64,000 nt of DNA from an archaeon (lineage in GTDB: Archaea > Nanobdellota > Nanobdellia > Woesearchaeales > GW2011-AR9). Position 1 is the first letter of the stretch; each line of letters starts with the position of its first letter. Below the pieces are notes generated by a model that was not told the DNA's origin, made no database searches, and worked only from the letters and a program-made list of their open reading frames with translations. Below, piece by piece: positions 38,450 to 47,955 of this stretch. The DNA lies in the NCBI GenBank assembly GCA_030704845.1, contig JAUYKZ010000001.1, forward strand, positions 621-64,620, given 5' to 3'. Made by a program: the position numbers and the translations under genes.

Positions 38450-38551
38450 GCCAACGTGGCACAACTCGGTACTGCGCAAGCCTGGAACTCAGGAAAGTAT
38501 CAGCGAGCTTGTTTCCTTCGGGATATCCCGGTTCAAATCCGGGCGTTGGCG
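38450..38551 (+). tRNA. tRNA-Ser (anticodon GGA) with a canonical 18-nt intron after position 37
   Basis: Acceptor GCCAACG/CGUUGGC. D-arm GCA(C)-AACUCGGUA-(C)UGC. Anticodon stem CAAGC/GCUUG with loop CUGGAA-[CUCAGGAAAGUAUCAGCG]-A. Class II variable arm UCC-UUCG-GGA. T-arm CCCGG-UUCAAAU-CCGGG. Confidence 0.7.
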
Positions 38552-38617
38552 CTCCTTTTTCTTCGAAAAATTAGATAAAACCGCAACTTTTTTAAACAAC
38601 TGATATTCCTTAAACAC

Positions 38618-38953
38618 ATGTTTTTCAGAACTCTCGGAACGCTGGATTTCATCACAGTTCTAATTCTGCTTGGAGCAGCCCTTCTTCCAGAGAAGTTATT
38701 ACTTTTAGCGGCATTTTATTTAGTTGTGAAAGGCGCCACATTTGCATATAGTTCCAGTGACTGGGCAAGTTATGGTGATCTAATCAGCGGGTGTTACCTA
38801 TTCCTTTTTTCTTTAGGAATCGAAATTCCAGTAGTACATACCATTATTATTCTATATTTAATTCAGAAAACAATGTTGACATTTATTGCACTGGGTGTGA
38901 AAGCTAGCTTATACTATCATCACCATAACAAACGTAAAAATTTCATCAATTAA
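38618..38953 (+). CDS. Hypothetical membrane protein (111 aa)
   Basis: Three hydrophobic helices. Confidence 0.45.
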   Translation: MFFRTLGTLDFITVLILLGAALLPEKLLLLAAFYLVVKGATFAYSSSDWASYGDLISGCYLFLFSLGIEIPVVHTIIILYLIQKTMLTFIALGVKASLYYHHHNKRKNFIN

Positions 38954-39219
38954 TTTTAAATATATCTTCTACGGGTATAATCATGACTAATTTGAAAAAA
39001 GATAGAACAATTAAGCGTAATCCATTAGATGATGTTCTAGAAACATTAGAAGAATATTCTGAAGGAGTTTCTTCAGAAGATTTAATGTCATCTGGGGAAT
39101 AAGATGGAAATTATTAAAAAAGAATTTAAAGTTAGTTGTTGCAAATCTTATTTAACATCTAAAGGGAGATGTTATTCTTGTCCTGAACAAGATTTAGATC
39201 AAGACCCTGATGAAGAAAA

Positions 39220-39978
39220 ATGGTAATCAAATTAATTTCATGGAACGTGAACGGAATTCGCGCAATTCTTAATAAGAATTTCAAGGAATATGTCCTGAAA
39301 GAAAATCCGGATATTCTTTGTTTGCAGGAAACCAAAGCTCATCCTGATCAAGTGGATAAAATCTTAGATGAGTATGAACACCATTTCTGGAATTCAGCAG
39401 AAAAAAAAGGTTACTCCGGCACAGCAATCTTCAGTAAAATAAAACCAATTTCTGTAAAGTACGGCGATGGGCCGATGGAAGATAATGAAGGTAGAGTTAT
39501 CACGATTGAATTTGAAGAATTTATTTTAGTTACTGTTTATACCCCTAATTCTGGGCAGGAACTTAAACGACTTAGTTATCGTAAAGAATGGGATAAAAAG
39601 TTTTTAATCTTCCTGAAAGAACTTGAAAAAAATAAACCGGTTGTTGTCTGTGGTGATCTAAATGTGGCTCACACTAATATTGATTTAGCAAATCCGAAAA
39701 GTAATTACAACAAAACTGCCGGTTACACTCAAGATGAAATTGATGGGTTGGAACGATACTTTAAATCGGGGTTTATTGATTCATTTAGGGAATTTAACAA
39801 AGAACCAGGAAATTATAGTTATTGGAGTTATCGTTTCAGTGCCAGAAAGAAAAATATTGGTTGGCGGATAGATTATTTTTTGACATCTTCTTCATTAAAA
39901 AATAAATTAAAAGAAGCATTCATTCGTAAGGATGTTCAAGGTTCGGATCATTGCCCGGTGGGAATAATCCTAAAATAA
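39220..39978 (+). CDS. xth: Exodeoxyribonuclease III / AP endonuclease (Xth family)
   Basis: KLISWNVNGIRA, LCLQETK, the GD...N..H block and the C-terminal SDHCPV motif. Confidence 0.9.
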   Translation: MVIKLISWNVNGIRAILNKNFKEYVLKENPDILCLQETKAHPDQVDKILDEYEHHFWNSAEKKGYSGTAIFSKIKPISVKYGDGPMEDNEGRVITIEFEEFILVTVYTPNSGQELKRLSYRKEWDKKFLIFLKELEKNKPVVVCGDLNVAHTNIDLANPKSNYNKTAGYTQDEIDGLERYFKSGFIDSFREFNKEPGNYSYWSYRFSARKKNIGWRIDYFLTSSSLKNKLKEAFIRKDVQGSDHCPVGIILK

Positions 39979-39998
39979 TCTTAAAATAATTGTATTTA

Positions 39999-40604
39999 CT
40001 AAATTTCTTTATTGTCTTGAATTTTCAATCTGTTCAATAATTCTTCTGCTCTCTCTTTATCCAAGTCATATATCATTGCCAAATATTTTTTTGCTAAAAT
40101 TATACTTTCTTTGCATTCAGAACTACACGGGAAATGTGATAATAAAACCAAATCTTGATCTCTTCTAGTAATATTTGTCCAAGCATTTGTTGGTTGATGA
40201 ATGGGGTTAGGATTTTCTGAAGTGAAATTTTTGGTAAAATAATCTATGCAGCATGACGGGTATCCCAATAATTTTCCCAATTCTTCATGATTTTCTACCA
40301 GTTCATAATATGCTGCCAATAAAGATTTTTCTTCATTTTTTGAGATATAAATAAAATACATCCCTGGACGTTTATCCTTTTCTAAAATTCTAATTCCCTT
40401 GTTAGAATATGCTGTATCCTCTGCAAGTAAAACTTTAAATTTTGATTTCACATAATGTAGATTTTGTTTTTCACAGAATTTGATGACGCTAGGTAATTCT
40501 GATTCATAGAAACCATGTCTAACGACGTTTTTAAGATTGTGTTGTAACAGAAGTATCTCTTGAACTTTCGTGTGAGAGCCGAAAACTTGCAGAAGTTTAT
40601 TCAT
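39999..40604 (-). CDS. Hypothetical protein with a GYPSCC motif (201 aa)
   Basis: ORF only; conserved-looking LGYPSCCIDYF and HFPCSSEC Cys motifs. Confidence 0.45.
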   Translation of the reverse strand: MNKLLQVFGSHTKVQEILLLQHNLKNVVRHGFYESELPSVIKFCEKQNLHYVKSKFKVLLAEDTAYSNKGIRILEKDKRPGMYFIYISKNEEKSLLAAYYELVENHEELGKLLGYPSCCIDYFTKNFTSENPNPIHQPTNAWTNITRRDQDLVLLSHFPCSSECKESIILAKKYLAMIYDLDKERAEELLNRLKIQDNKEI

Positions 40605-40633
40605 TAGTAATTAAGAATGAAGAGTTCCTTATA

Positions 40634-41413
40634 TTAATTGTGGGTTTTGTTTCCAACAATCTCTCGGTAAACTTCCCACGCACTTTTTTGTTCCATCTTT
40701 TTGATTACTCTAGAGAAAGCCACATCATGTAATCCGTTATGGGCTGGATTCTCTAAAACAATTGCGTCTTGCAGATTAGCAATATTATTTTCTTTAATGA
40801 CTTTCATCCAAGCAAAAGAGAATGCATACGCTTTAGCTTCTTCATCACGAGAATCATCTAACGGTTGAGTTAGAACATGTCCCAACTCGTGACCTAAAGT
40901 AAGCATGACTCTTCCTAATGAACCTTCGGGAATGAAAACTTCTGAAAGAAGTCCATGTTTAGTTCTATTTATGGATAATCCTACCACACTTGGAGTGGGA
41001 GCAATTTTTTTGAATTCCTCTGGTTTACAGATACTAATTTTAATATTGCCGGGGAGAGTTTTTCCAAAAATCTTTTCGAATGCATTTTCAATGTGAGGTC
41101 TAATTTCTTCAGCCTTACCTACAAATATTCCTTCTTTCCCAGGGATCAGAAATTGTTCGGGTAAGAAATGGTATTCCGATTTTGTTGGAAATAAATCATA
41201 CAATACTTGCTGCTGTAAATGGTATTTATTTTCCGTTTGATCATTAGAATAAGAAAACGGAATCGTTGGTGTAAACAGGCTATACGGTCGAAAAGAATCT
41301 TGTTGTGCTGGGTGATAAGAAGCTGTAGAATGTGCGATGTATTCTAATCTACTTTCTACCTCTGTTCTTTGTTCGTACAATCTTCCGGTCGTATATCTTG
41401 TCCCTGAATACAT
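40634..41413 (-). CDS. Putative zinc metallopeptidase (ImmA/IrrE-like HExxH protein)
   Basis: LTLGHELGHVL HExxH motif about 85 aa from the C-terminus. Confidence 0.5.
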   Translation of the reverse strand: MYSGTRYTTGRLYEQRTEVESRLEYIAHSTASYHPAQQDSFRPYSLFTPTIPFSYSNDQTENKYHLQQQVLYDLFPTKSEYHFLPEQFLIPGKEGIFVGKAEEIRPHIENAFEKIFGKTLPGNIKISICKPEEFKKIAPTPSVVGLSINRTKHGLLSEVFIPEGSLGRVMLTLGHELGHVLTQPLDDSRDEEAKAYAFSFAWMKVIKENNIANLQDAIVLENPAHNGLHDVAFSRVIKKMEQKSAWEVYREIVGNKTHN

Positions 41414-41498
41414 TTTGGTGCCATTCTCATCCTCAGCCTACTTCGATTATCCCATGATGGGATTTTATAAAGTTCTTCATTGGATCTTGAGGGTAAAG

Positions 41499-41658
41499 CG
41501 GACCCGGGAGGACTTTCCCAGTCTCTCTAGGAGATCTGTTTTGAACCCCCGACCTACAGCTCTCTTCCATATTGGTAGGAGGCTGTCGCCCTATTTGGCT
41601 CACGCCTAATTCTCTCTTTTGGAGAGAATTATAGGTATCCAGTCTAGGCTACGGGTCC
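41499..41658 (-). tRNA. tRNA-Arg (anticodon CCU) with three introns (D-loop, anticodon loop, T-loop)
   Basis: Minus-strand read: acceptor GGACCCG/CGGGUCC. D-stem GCCU/GGGC enclosing about 55 nt, including an 8-bp hairpin AUUCUCUC/GAGAGAAU. Anticodon stem ACAGC/GCUGU with loop CUCCUA-[CCAAUAUGGAAGAG]-A. T-stem GGGGG with loop UUCAAAA-[CAGAUCUCCUAGAGAGACUGGGAAAG]-U. 160 nt minus about 86 nt of introns gives 74 nt. Confidence 0.65.
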
Positions 41659-41683
41659 TTGAAAGCTCGGAAATGACTCTGCT

Positions 41684-41693
41684 TTTTATACTT
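41684..41693 (-). promoter_or_regulatory. TATA box (AAGTATAAAA on the minus strand) 25 nt upstream of tRNA-Arg(CCU)
   Basis: Canonical spacing to the tRNA 5' end. Confidence 0.5.
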
Positions 41694-41716
41694 TGGGGAG
41701 AAATATCCGATTATAT

Positions 41717-42169
41717 TTAGTTAGAATGTATTACAATTAATGACTGAGTTTTTTCAATACCTTCAATTTGTTGCAATTTACTTAATAGGACTTTATCAAA
41801 TTCTTCTACATCTTTAACTCTAACTAAAGCTATTAAATCTGTGCCACCCGAAACGATATCTACTTTCTCCACGAAATCATATTTTCCAACTTCTTTTGCA
41901 ATATCATACTGGGTCTTCTTTTTTTGTTTTAATAACGGCAAGTTTACAGAGATTAAAATGTATGAAGAAAATCCCTTATCAATTTTTTTATTATCCAACT
42001 CAATTGTATATCTAGTGATTACTTTCTCTTTCTTTAATTTTTGGATTCTGTGGTGGATTGTAGTTATCGGTAGCAATGTCTTTTTTGCGATTTGCCTAGT
42101 AGTATAATCGCCATGTTCTTTAAGGACTTCTAAGATTTTTTTATCTTTCTCGTCTATTGTTATTGGCAT
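41717..42169 (-). CDS. Lrp/AsnC-family transcriptional regulator
   Basis: N-terminal HTH (ILEVLKEHGDYTTRQIAKKTLLPITTIHHRIQKL) plus a C-terminal RAM-like domain; 150 aa. Confidence 0.75.
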   Translation of the reverse strand: MPITIDEKDKKILEVLKEHGDYTTRQIAKKTLLPITTIHHRIQKLKKEKVITRYTIELDNKKIDKGFSSYILISVNLPLLKQKKKTQYDIAKEVGKYDFVEKVDIVSGGTDLIALVRVKDVEEFDKVLLSKLQQIEGIEKTQSLIVIHSN

Positions 42170-42288
42170 GGTTGAACAGATGTTCCATTTATTATATAAA
42201 TCTTGCTATTTTTTGTGTTTTTTTCCACTATTTGTGGGGTATTTATTAATATTAGCAGACTTTACACTGGTGATAATCAAGATGAATC

Positions 42289-43380
42289 TTGATCTTGGAG
42301 GAAAATAAAATGACATTAACAGATCAAATAGAACACTCAACACAAACACAACGCATGTACGTATTTCCAGAAGGTTATACTCCTAAATTAGATTACTTCC
42401 AAACTGCAGAAGGAATTAAATTAATCAAAGATACTTTTGCTGGTGAACTGGCAGACAGATTAACTTTACAAAGAGTGACTGCTCCAAGATTTTTGATTGT
42501 CGGAACCGGATTACAGGATGATCTTGCGGGAACGCAAGTGCCGGTAAGTTTTCAGACTAAATTTTCTGATCAACCTGTCGAAGTTGTTCATAGCTTAGCT
42601 AAATGGAAAAGACAAACTTTAGGTAAATATAGGTTTCCTCACGGAACTGGTTTGTATACTGATATGGATGCTATAAGAAAAGATGAAGATGTAAGTCCAA
42701 TTCATAGCGTTTACGTAGATCAATGGGATTGGGAAAAAGTTATCTCGACTGAAGAAAGAACTTTACCATTTTTGCGAAGTATTGTAGATGGAATTTATCA
42801 AGCTTATCGGGAAACGGAAAAAGTTATTGCCAAAAGATTTCCGGAATTGAAAACTAGATTGCCAAAAGACATCGCTTTTATTCATTCTGAAGATCTAGAA
42901 AGAAGATTCCCAGAATTTACCCCAAAGGAAAGAGAAGATTTAGCTGCAAAAGAATATGGAGCTTTCTTTTTAGTCGGAATTGGTCATCCGTTAAAATCTG
43001 GACAACCACATGATTTAAGAGCTGCCGATTATGACGACTGGTCTGCCCAGACTGAATATGGCCGAGGTTTAAATGGTGATATTATTGTTTGGGATGATGT
43101 TCGAAAGAAATCATTGGAATTGTCTTCAATGGGAATCAGAGTAAATGCCGAATCTTTAAGCAGACAATTGGAGATGGCTGGATTGACAGAAAGAAAAAAC
43201 CTTGATTTTCATAAAGGAATCCTGGAAGACCGGATACCCTTATCCGTCGGCGGAGGGATAGGTCAATCTAGAACTTGTATGTATCTATTGCAGAAAGCCC
43301 ATATTGGAGAAGTTCAATCCAGTGTCTGGCCAAAGGAAGTTGAAGAAGAATTTGTGAGGAGAGAAGTGCCTCTTCTTTAA
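42289..43380 (+). CDS. asnA: Aspartate--ammonia ligase (asparagine synthetase A)
   Basis: C-terminal GGGIGQSRTCMYLLQKAHIGEVQ matches the AsnA signature; class II aaRS-like core. The start may be the MTLTDQ Met at 42310. Confidence 0.85.
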   Translation: MILEENKMTLTDQIEHSTQTQRMYVFPEGYTPKLDYFQTAEGIKLIKDTFAGELADRLTLQRVTAPRFLIVGTGLQDDLAGTQVPVSFQTKFSDQPVEVVHSLAKWKRQTLGKYRFPHGTGLYTDMDAIRKDEDVSPIHSVYVDQWDWEKVISTEERTLPFLRSIVDGIYQAYRETEKVIAKRFPELKTRLPKDIAFIHSEDLERRFPEFTPKEREDLAAKEYGAFFLVGIGHPLKSGQPHDLRAADYDDWSAQTEYGRGLNGDIIVWDDVRKKSLELSSMGIRVNAESLSRQLEMAGLTERKNLDFHKGILEDRIPLSVGGGIGQSRTCMYLLQKAHIGEVQSSVWPKEVEEEFVRREVPLL

Positions 43381-43422
43381 TTGAATAGAACACTTAAAGT
43401 ATGAAATAAAATTATAACTAAA

Positions 43423-44088
43423 ATGATACCCTCATATGTTTATGAACAAGCTAGAAAACTAGATATACCCCTTAAAACAGTTTATTTATCAGTAAGCACA
43501 GATACTTGTAATGAAAAAATTGAAGCACTAAGAAAAATAGATCCTAACCAACATTGGAACTTGTATCAAGTTGTGAAATCGGTCTATGTTTTGGTTGATT
43601 GGGATCCGTTCATCTTTGTTTTTCCAGAATTAACAACCAGATTTAATGGAAAAAGGAAACGGGTAAGTGGAGGAACTTTAAGAGCAAGAAGATCACTTTC
43701 GCATATAGGCAGAATCGATAAAGACCTGGTGTCTAAATTATTTGATCAGAAAGGATTGACCTATAAAGATCCAACTCCTTATGTTGGTGCTGACGGCATT
43801 CCAGATTCAATGGAATATGGAACCTGCACCCCATTCATATCCCCATTTGAAATGGAAAGATTAAATTATATTTCACCGGTTCCAGTTAAAGGAATATTTA
43901 TCCACGATGATTCCAGACTGGATAATCTTGTTGCTGACATTTCAATTGGAGGAAAAGGCGAAGAAGCTCACAAAGTTTCAATGCACTTGCCTTATCATGG
44001 AATTTATGATATTCTTAAAGCTGAGTTTGGAGATAAGGTCCATAAAATAAAAATATGGGGGAAATATTGTCTTACTGGCAAGGAATAA
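43423..44088 (+). CDS. Hypothetical protein between asnA and asnS (221 aa); possibly a YbaK/ProX-like deacylase (weak)
   Basis: ORF with GTCTPF and ISIGGKG segments faintly reminiscent of the YbaK fold; no firm motif. Confidence 0.4.
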   Translation: MIPSYVYEQARKLDIPLKTVYLSVSTDTCNEKIEALRKIDPNQHWNLYQVVKSVYVLVDWDPFIFVFPELTTRFNGKRKRVSGGTLRARRSLSHIGRIDKDLVSKLFDQKGLTYKDPTPYVGADGIPDSMEYGTCTPFISPFEMERLNYISPVPVKGIFIHDDSRLDNLVADISIGGKGEEAHKVSMHLPYHGIYDILKAEFGDKVHKIKIWGKYCLTGKE

Positions 44089-44150
44089 TTTGAGCTAACC
44101 TTTCCTACGGCAAGGAAATCTTTTTAAACGTATCAAGACTTTAAGGGATA

Positions 44151-45497
44151 ATGGCGAAAACAATTGCAAACCAAAAGACGAAAACAACGGCTAAATCCCC
44201 CAAATTTGTCTCAATTCAGGAAGCGATAAATGCTGGTGACGGGAAAACTGTATCTATTCGTGGCTGGGTTTATCGAGAAAGGGGTAGTAACAAATTCAAA
44301 TTCGTCGTATTAAGAGATTCCTCAAACATAATCCAATGTATCTTTGATCGGAAAGATTTTGAAAAATCTTGGGAAGAAATTGATCAATTACAAGTTGAAT
44401 GTTCATTACATCTTACTGGAACAATATCTAAAGATGAAAGAGCACCAACTGGTTTTGAACTTCACGTTACAAAATATGAATTAATCGGTAAAAGTGACAG
44501 TTATCCGATAACAAAAGATCAATCTGTAGAATTTCTTGCCGATAACAGGCATCTATGGCTTAGAAGTAGAAGGATGACTTCTATCTTAAAAATTAGATCA
44601 ACTGTTTTTGGAGCAATTGATGAATATTTTAAAGGGGAAGGATTCTATGAATATCATTCTCCTATTTTCCAAGCAGTACAATGTGAAGGTGGAGCTGAAT
44701 TATTCAGCGTAGATTATTTTGGCAAGAAAGACGTTTTCCTTGGTCAAACCTGGCAACTTTATGCCGAACCAGCAATTTTTGCTTTAGAAAAGATTTATAC
44801 CATCTCGCCAAGTTTCCGTGCAGAAAAATCTAAAACTTCAAGACATCTTACAGAATACTGGCACGCTGAAATGGAAATGGCCTGGGCAGATTTTGATGAC
44901 ATCATGGATCATGGAGAAAAACTACTCAAACATATTGTTAAAACAGTTCTCGCGACAAATTTTGAAGAACTTAAACTTCTTGAAAGAGACATTTCAAAAT
45001 TGAAACCAATTGTGGAAAAACCATTTATTAGAATGACCTACGATGATGCATTGAAAATTCTTAAAGATAAATGTAAAATGAAAGTAGAATGGGGAAAGGA
45101 TTTACGGACAATTGAAGAAGAAGAACTCACTAAACTTTATGATGTTCCAGTAATCTGCACAAGATACCCTAAAAAAGTTAAAGCTTTTTACATGACGGAA
45201 GATCCTAAAAACCCGGATGTTGTTTTGGGCTGTGATTTCCTTGCTCCAGAAGGATATGGTGAAATTATTGGTGGTTCTCATCGAGAAGCTGATTTGGAAA
45301 AAGTTAAGCAACGCCTTATTGATGACGGAGAAGATCCTATCGAATACGAATTCTATTTAGATACTAGAAGATACGGAAGTGTTCCACATGGTGGATTTGG
45401 AATGGGAGTTGAAAGAGTAGTTCGTTGGATTTGTGGTCTTGAGAATATTAAAGATGCAATACCTTTCCCGAGAACAATGGAACGATACAAACCATAA
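44151..45497 (+). CDS. asnS: Class IIb aminoacyl-tRNA synthetase, most likely asparaginyl-tRNA synthetase (AsnRS/AspRS family)
   Basis: N-terminal OB-fold anticodon-binding domain. Motif 2 is FRAEKSKTSRHLTEYWHAEMEM. Motif 3 is GSVPHGGFGMGVERVVRW. Located 3' of asnA. Confidence 0.8.
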   Translation: MAKTIANQKTKTTAKSPKFVSIQEAINAGDGKTVSIRGWVYRERGSNKFKFVVLRDSSNIIQCIFDRKDFEKSWEEIDQLQVECSLHLTGTISKDERAPTGFELHVTKYELIGKSDSYPITKDQSVEFLADNRHLWLRSRRMTSILKIRSTVFGAIDEYFKGEGFYEYHSPIFQAVQCEGGAELFSVDYFGKKDVFLGQTWQLYAEPAIFALEKIYTISPSFRAEKSKTSRHLTEYWHAEMEMAWADFDDIMDHGEKLLKHIVKTVLATNFEELKLLERDISKLKPIVEKPFIRMTYDDALKILKDKCKMKVEWGKDLRTIEEEELTKLYDVPVICTRYPKKVKAFYMTEDPKNPDVVLGCDFLAPEGYGEIIGGSHREADLEKVKQRLIDDGEDPIEYEFYLDTRRYGSVPHGGFGMGVERVVRWICGLENIKDAIPFPRTMERYKP

Positions 45498-45540
45498 TAA
45501 ATATTGACTGTTTTAATCTTCTTAAAGTGTTTCTTACTCA

Positions 45541-46251
45541 CTATTTAGATATTTTCCATAAAATATTAAAATATTCGGTTTGTGCTTTAGCTAGTTGATT
45601 ATTTTCAATGCTTACTGCAAAGTATGGTTCTTTCCAAATGAAGAATATTACTTTATTTTTATAAATTAGGGTTGTGACTGGAGAAAGTAGTTTTTTGTCT
45701 AAGTGCTTATATTCCCCATTTTTTAACTTTATAAACTTTGCATTCTTTTCTACAATTGCTATCTCTTTGGCTTTAAATTCATCTAGTTTTAGTATTGCTT
45801 GCTCATTGAAATATCCAAGAATTTCTTCATATTCTTTTCTGATGCCGATAACCCGGTATTCTTCGGCATTATTGACAATATCTCTTCCAACAGATTTTAA
45901 TCCTTCTTTTCCATAAAATAATTCGCATTTTACAACTTCCGGATTTTGATTAGATATCTTTTTTAATTCAGGCAGAATACTTTCCAATGAGGAGTATTTT
46001 TCTTTGAAGTAAAACAATAACTTCTCTGGAGATAAAGCACTAAAATGCTTTGCTTTATTCTTTATATAAAATGAAATAATGCCTCTTCTAATTAGTCTTT
46101 CTAATAGGTCATAAGTAGTTGTTCTGTCAATACCAGTTTCTTTTGAAATTTTGAGTGCGGGAGAATCACTTAGTTTTAAAAGTGCCAGGTAGATTTTTAT
46201 CTCCCTTTCATCGAATTCCAAATCTTTCAAAATTTCAACTATTTTGTTCAT
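45541..46251 (-). CDS. TrmB-family transcriptional regulator
   Basis: N-terminal winged HTH (IYLALLKLSDSPALKISKETGIDRTTTYDLLERLIRRGII) plus a C-terminal sensor domain. Confidence 0.7.
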   Translation of the reverse strand: MNKIVEILKDLEFDEREIKIYLALLKLSDSPALKISKETGIDRTTTYDLLERLIRRGIISFYIKNKAKHFSALSPEKLLFYFKEKYSSLESILPELKKISNQNPEVVKCELFYGKEGLKSVGRDIVNNAEEYRVIGIRKEYEEILGYFNEQAILKLDEFKAKEIAIVEKNAKFIKLKNGEYKHLDKKLLSPVTTLIYKNKVIFFIWKEPYFAVSIENNQLAKAQTEYFNILWKISK

Positions 46252-46336
46252 GTATGGTCGATAGTAGTTATTGTATTTAAGTGTTGTGGGAATTCTACAA
46301 CACGGGTTAATATTCTACCTGTATTTTCATTAGAAT

Positions 46337-46903
46337 ATGACGCCGGATAATAAAGATCAATATGATGATACAGAACTATTTCGTAGATTTGCTTTATTTG
46401 GTGTATCAACCAAAGGAGAACACTTTGATACACAAATATCTAGAATTGAAGAAATTTGTAATGTTGATGGCAATGTCGTTATGCTTGAACTAGCACCAAA
46501 TTATGAGCAATGTGTTCATGAGGGTTTACTAAAACCGAATACATATCTGAAGATAGCAGATCGTTGGAAAGAGCGATGTTCTAAAATAATCGCAGGAGAT
46601 CAAGAATTAACTATCCCAGAAAATCCAGATTGGTTGGTAAGTCTTGTAATGGGTGAGAGTTACTTTTATCCAGATTGGAATCGTGAGGAAATTATGAGAG
46701 CAAATATTGTAAAAGAAAAACCAGATATTGTTATAGTAGGAAATGGAAACTCAGATCTGATTAAAGACCATTTTCCGCACGCATATTATATTGTATTTGA
46801 AATAAATGGGAGATATTCTGCAAGTTCAACAGGCCATAACAGAGGAATTCATAGATGGCATAATCCGAACAAAATAATTACATTACCTAGTAGAGAAGAA
46901 TAA
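46337..46903 (+). CDS. Hypothetical protein (188 aa)
   Basis: ORF only. Confidence 0.45.
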   Translation: MTPDNKDQYDDTELFRRFALFGVSTKGEHFDTQISRIEEICNVDGNVVMLELAPNYEQCVHEGLLKPNTYLKIADRWKERCSKIIAGDQELTIPENPDWLVSLVMGESYFYPDWNREEIMRANIVKEKPDIVIVGNGNSDLIKDHFPHAYYIVFEINGRYSASSTGHNRGIHRWHNPNKIITLPSREE

Positions 46904-47048
46904 TCAAAGGGGCATTTTTCTGATGTGGTTAGTTTAACTATTGTAGTTCGTTGTACAGTAATAGAAAAACGTTGATCTAGTAGCATTAATTGCCCAAAAC
47001 CCGAAACCTTAAAATACCCAGTTCATATTAAATCGGTGGAGGTAAAAT

Positions 47049-47441
47049 ATGGCATTTGAATTTTTAGTTTTAATAGGAAGAATACTTTTTGGCGGTTTTT
47101 TTATAAATAGTGGGATAAATCATCTTACAAAAAGAGAAGGTATGGCTCAATACGCACAATCAAAAGGTGTTCCGGCAGCAAAATTTTTTGTGGTTGTTTC
47201 TGGATTGATGATTCTTTTGGCTGGATTATATATCGTTTTTGGAGTATGGCCGCAGGTTGGCGTATTATTAATTGCAGCATTTCTTCTACCAGTATCTTTA
47301 GTGATGCATAACTTTTGGTCAATAAAAGATCCTCAACAAAAAATGACTGAAATGATTAGCTTCATGAAGAATATGGCTTTGCTTGGAGCTGCATTAATGT
47401 TTCTAGGAATAGCTACGCCTTGGGCTTTTAGTTTATTTTAA
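47049..47441 (+). CDS. DoxX-family membrane protein
   Basis: Four transmembrane helices and a DoxX-like RILFGGFFINSGINHL segment. Confidence 0.65.
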   Translation: MAFEFLVLIGRILFGGFFINSGINHLTKREGMAQYAQSKGVPAAKFFVVVSGLMILLAGLYIVFGVWPQVGVLLIAAFLLPVSLVMHNFWSIKDPQQKMTEMISFMKNMALLGAALMFLGIATPWAFSLF

Positions 47442-47955
47442 CACTATAACTAAGCCCATCTTTTATTTTTATTATTTTTGTTTTTAATTTTGAATTGTTT
47501 AAGATAGCTTCTTTAAAATCTTGACATCCTTCAGCAGAAATATTATCTGCGATTATTACCCCGCCTTTCTTCGATAATCTTAAACAATCATCTAGAATTT
47601 TTAAATAACCGTTTTTATAGAAATCGATAAAAATAAAATCAAAATAATTGGTTGGTAAGGATTTAACGACTTCGACACCATCTCCGGTGATAATCTTTCC
47701 ATCGATTGAAAATTTAGTATAATTAATGATGGCTTCTTCAACAATTTTAATGTTTATATCAATTGTAATCAATTCTCCGCCTTCGCTGCCAAGAATTATG
47801 CCACTATATCCATTTGCAGTTCCTAATTCTAAGATTGTTTTAGGTTGATGTTCTTTTACTTTTTGTAAAAGCCATTCTCCTTTCTCTTTTCCAATGATAG
47901 GAATGCCTCTACGTTTACTTTCTTCTTCAAGGTCATCCATCATTTTCCAGTTCAT
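47428..47955 (-). CDS. Class I SAM-dependent O-methyltransferase (family 3-like)
   Basis: ILELGTANGYSGIIL glycine-rich SAM motif and a downstream acidic loop. Confidence 0.7.
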   Translation of the reverse strand: MNWKMMDDLEEESKRRGIPIIGKEKGEWLLQKVKEHQPKTILELGTANGYSGIILGSEGGELITIDINIKIVEEAIINYTKFSIDGKIITGDGVEVVKSLPTNYFDFIFIDFYKNGYLKILDDCLRLSKKGGVIIADNISAEGCQDFKEAILNNSKLKTKIIKIKDGLSYSVKIN

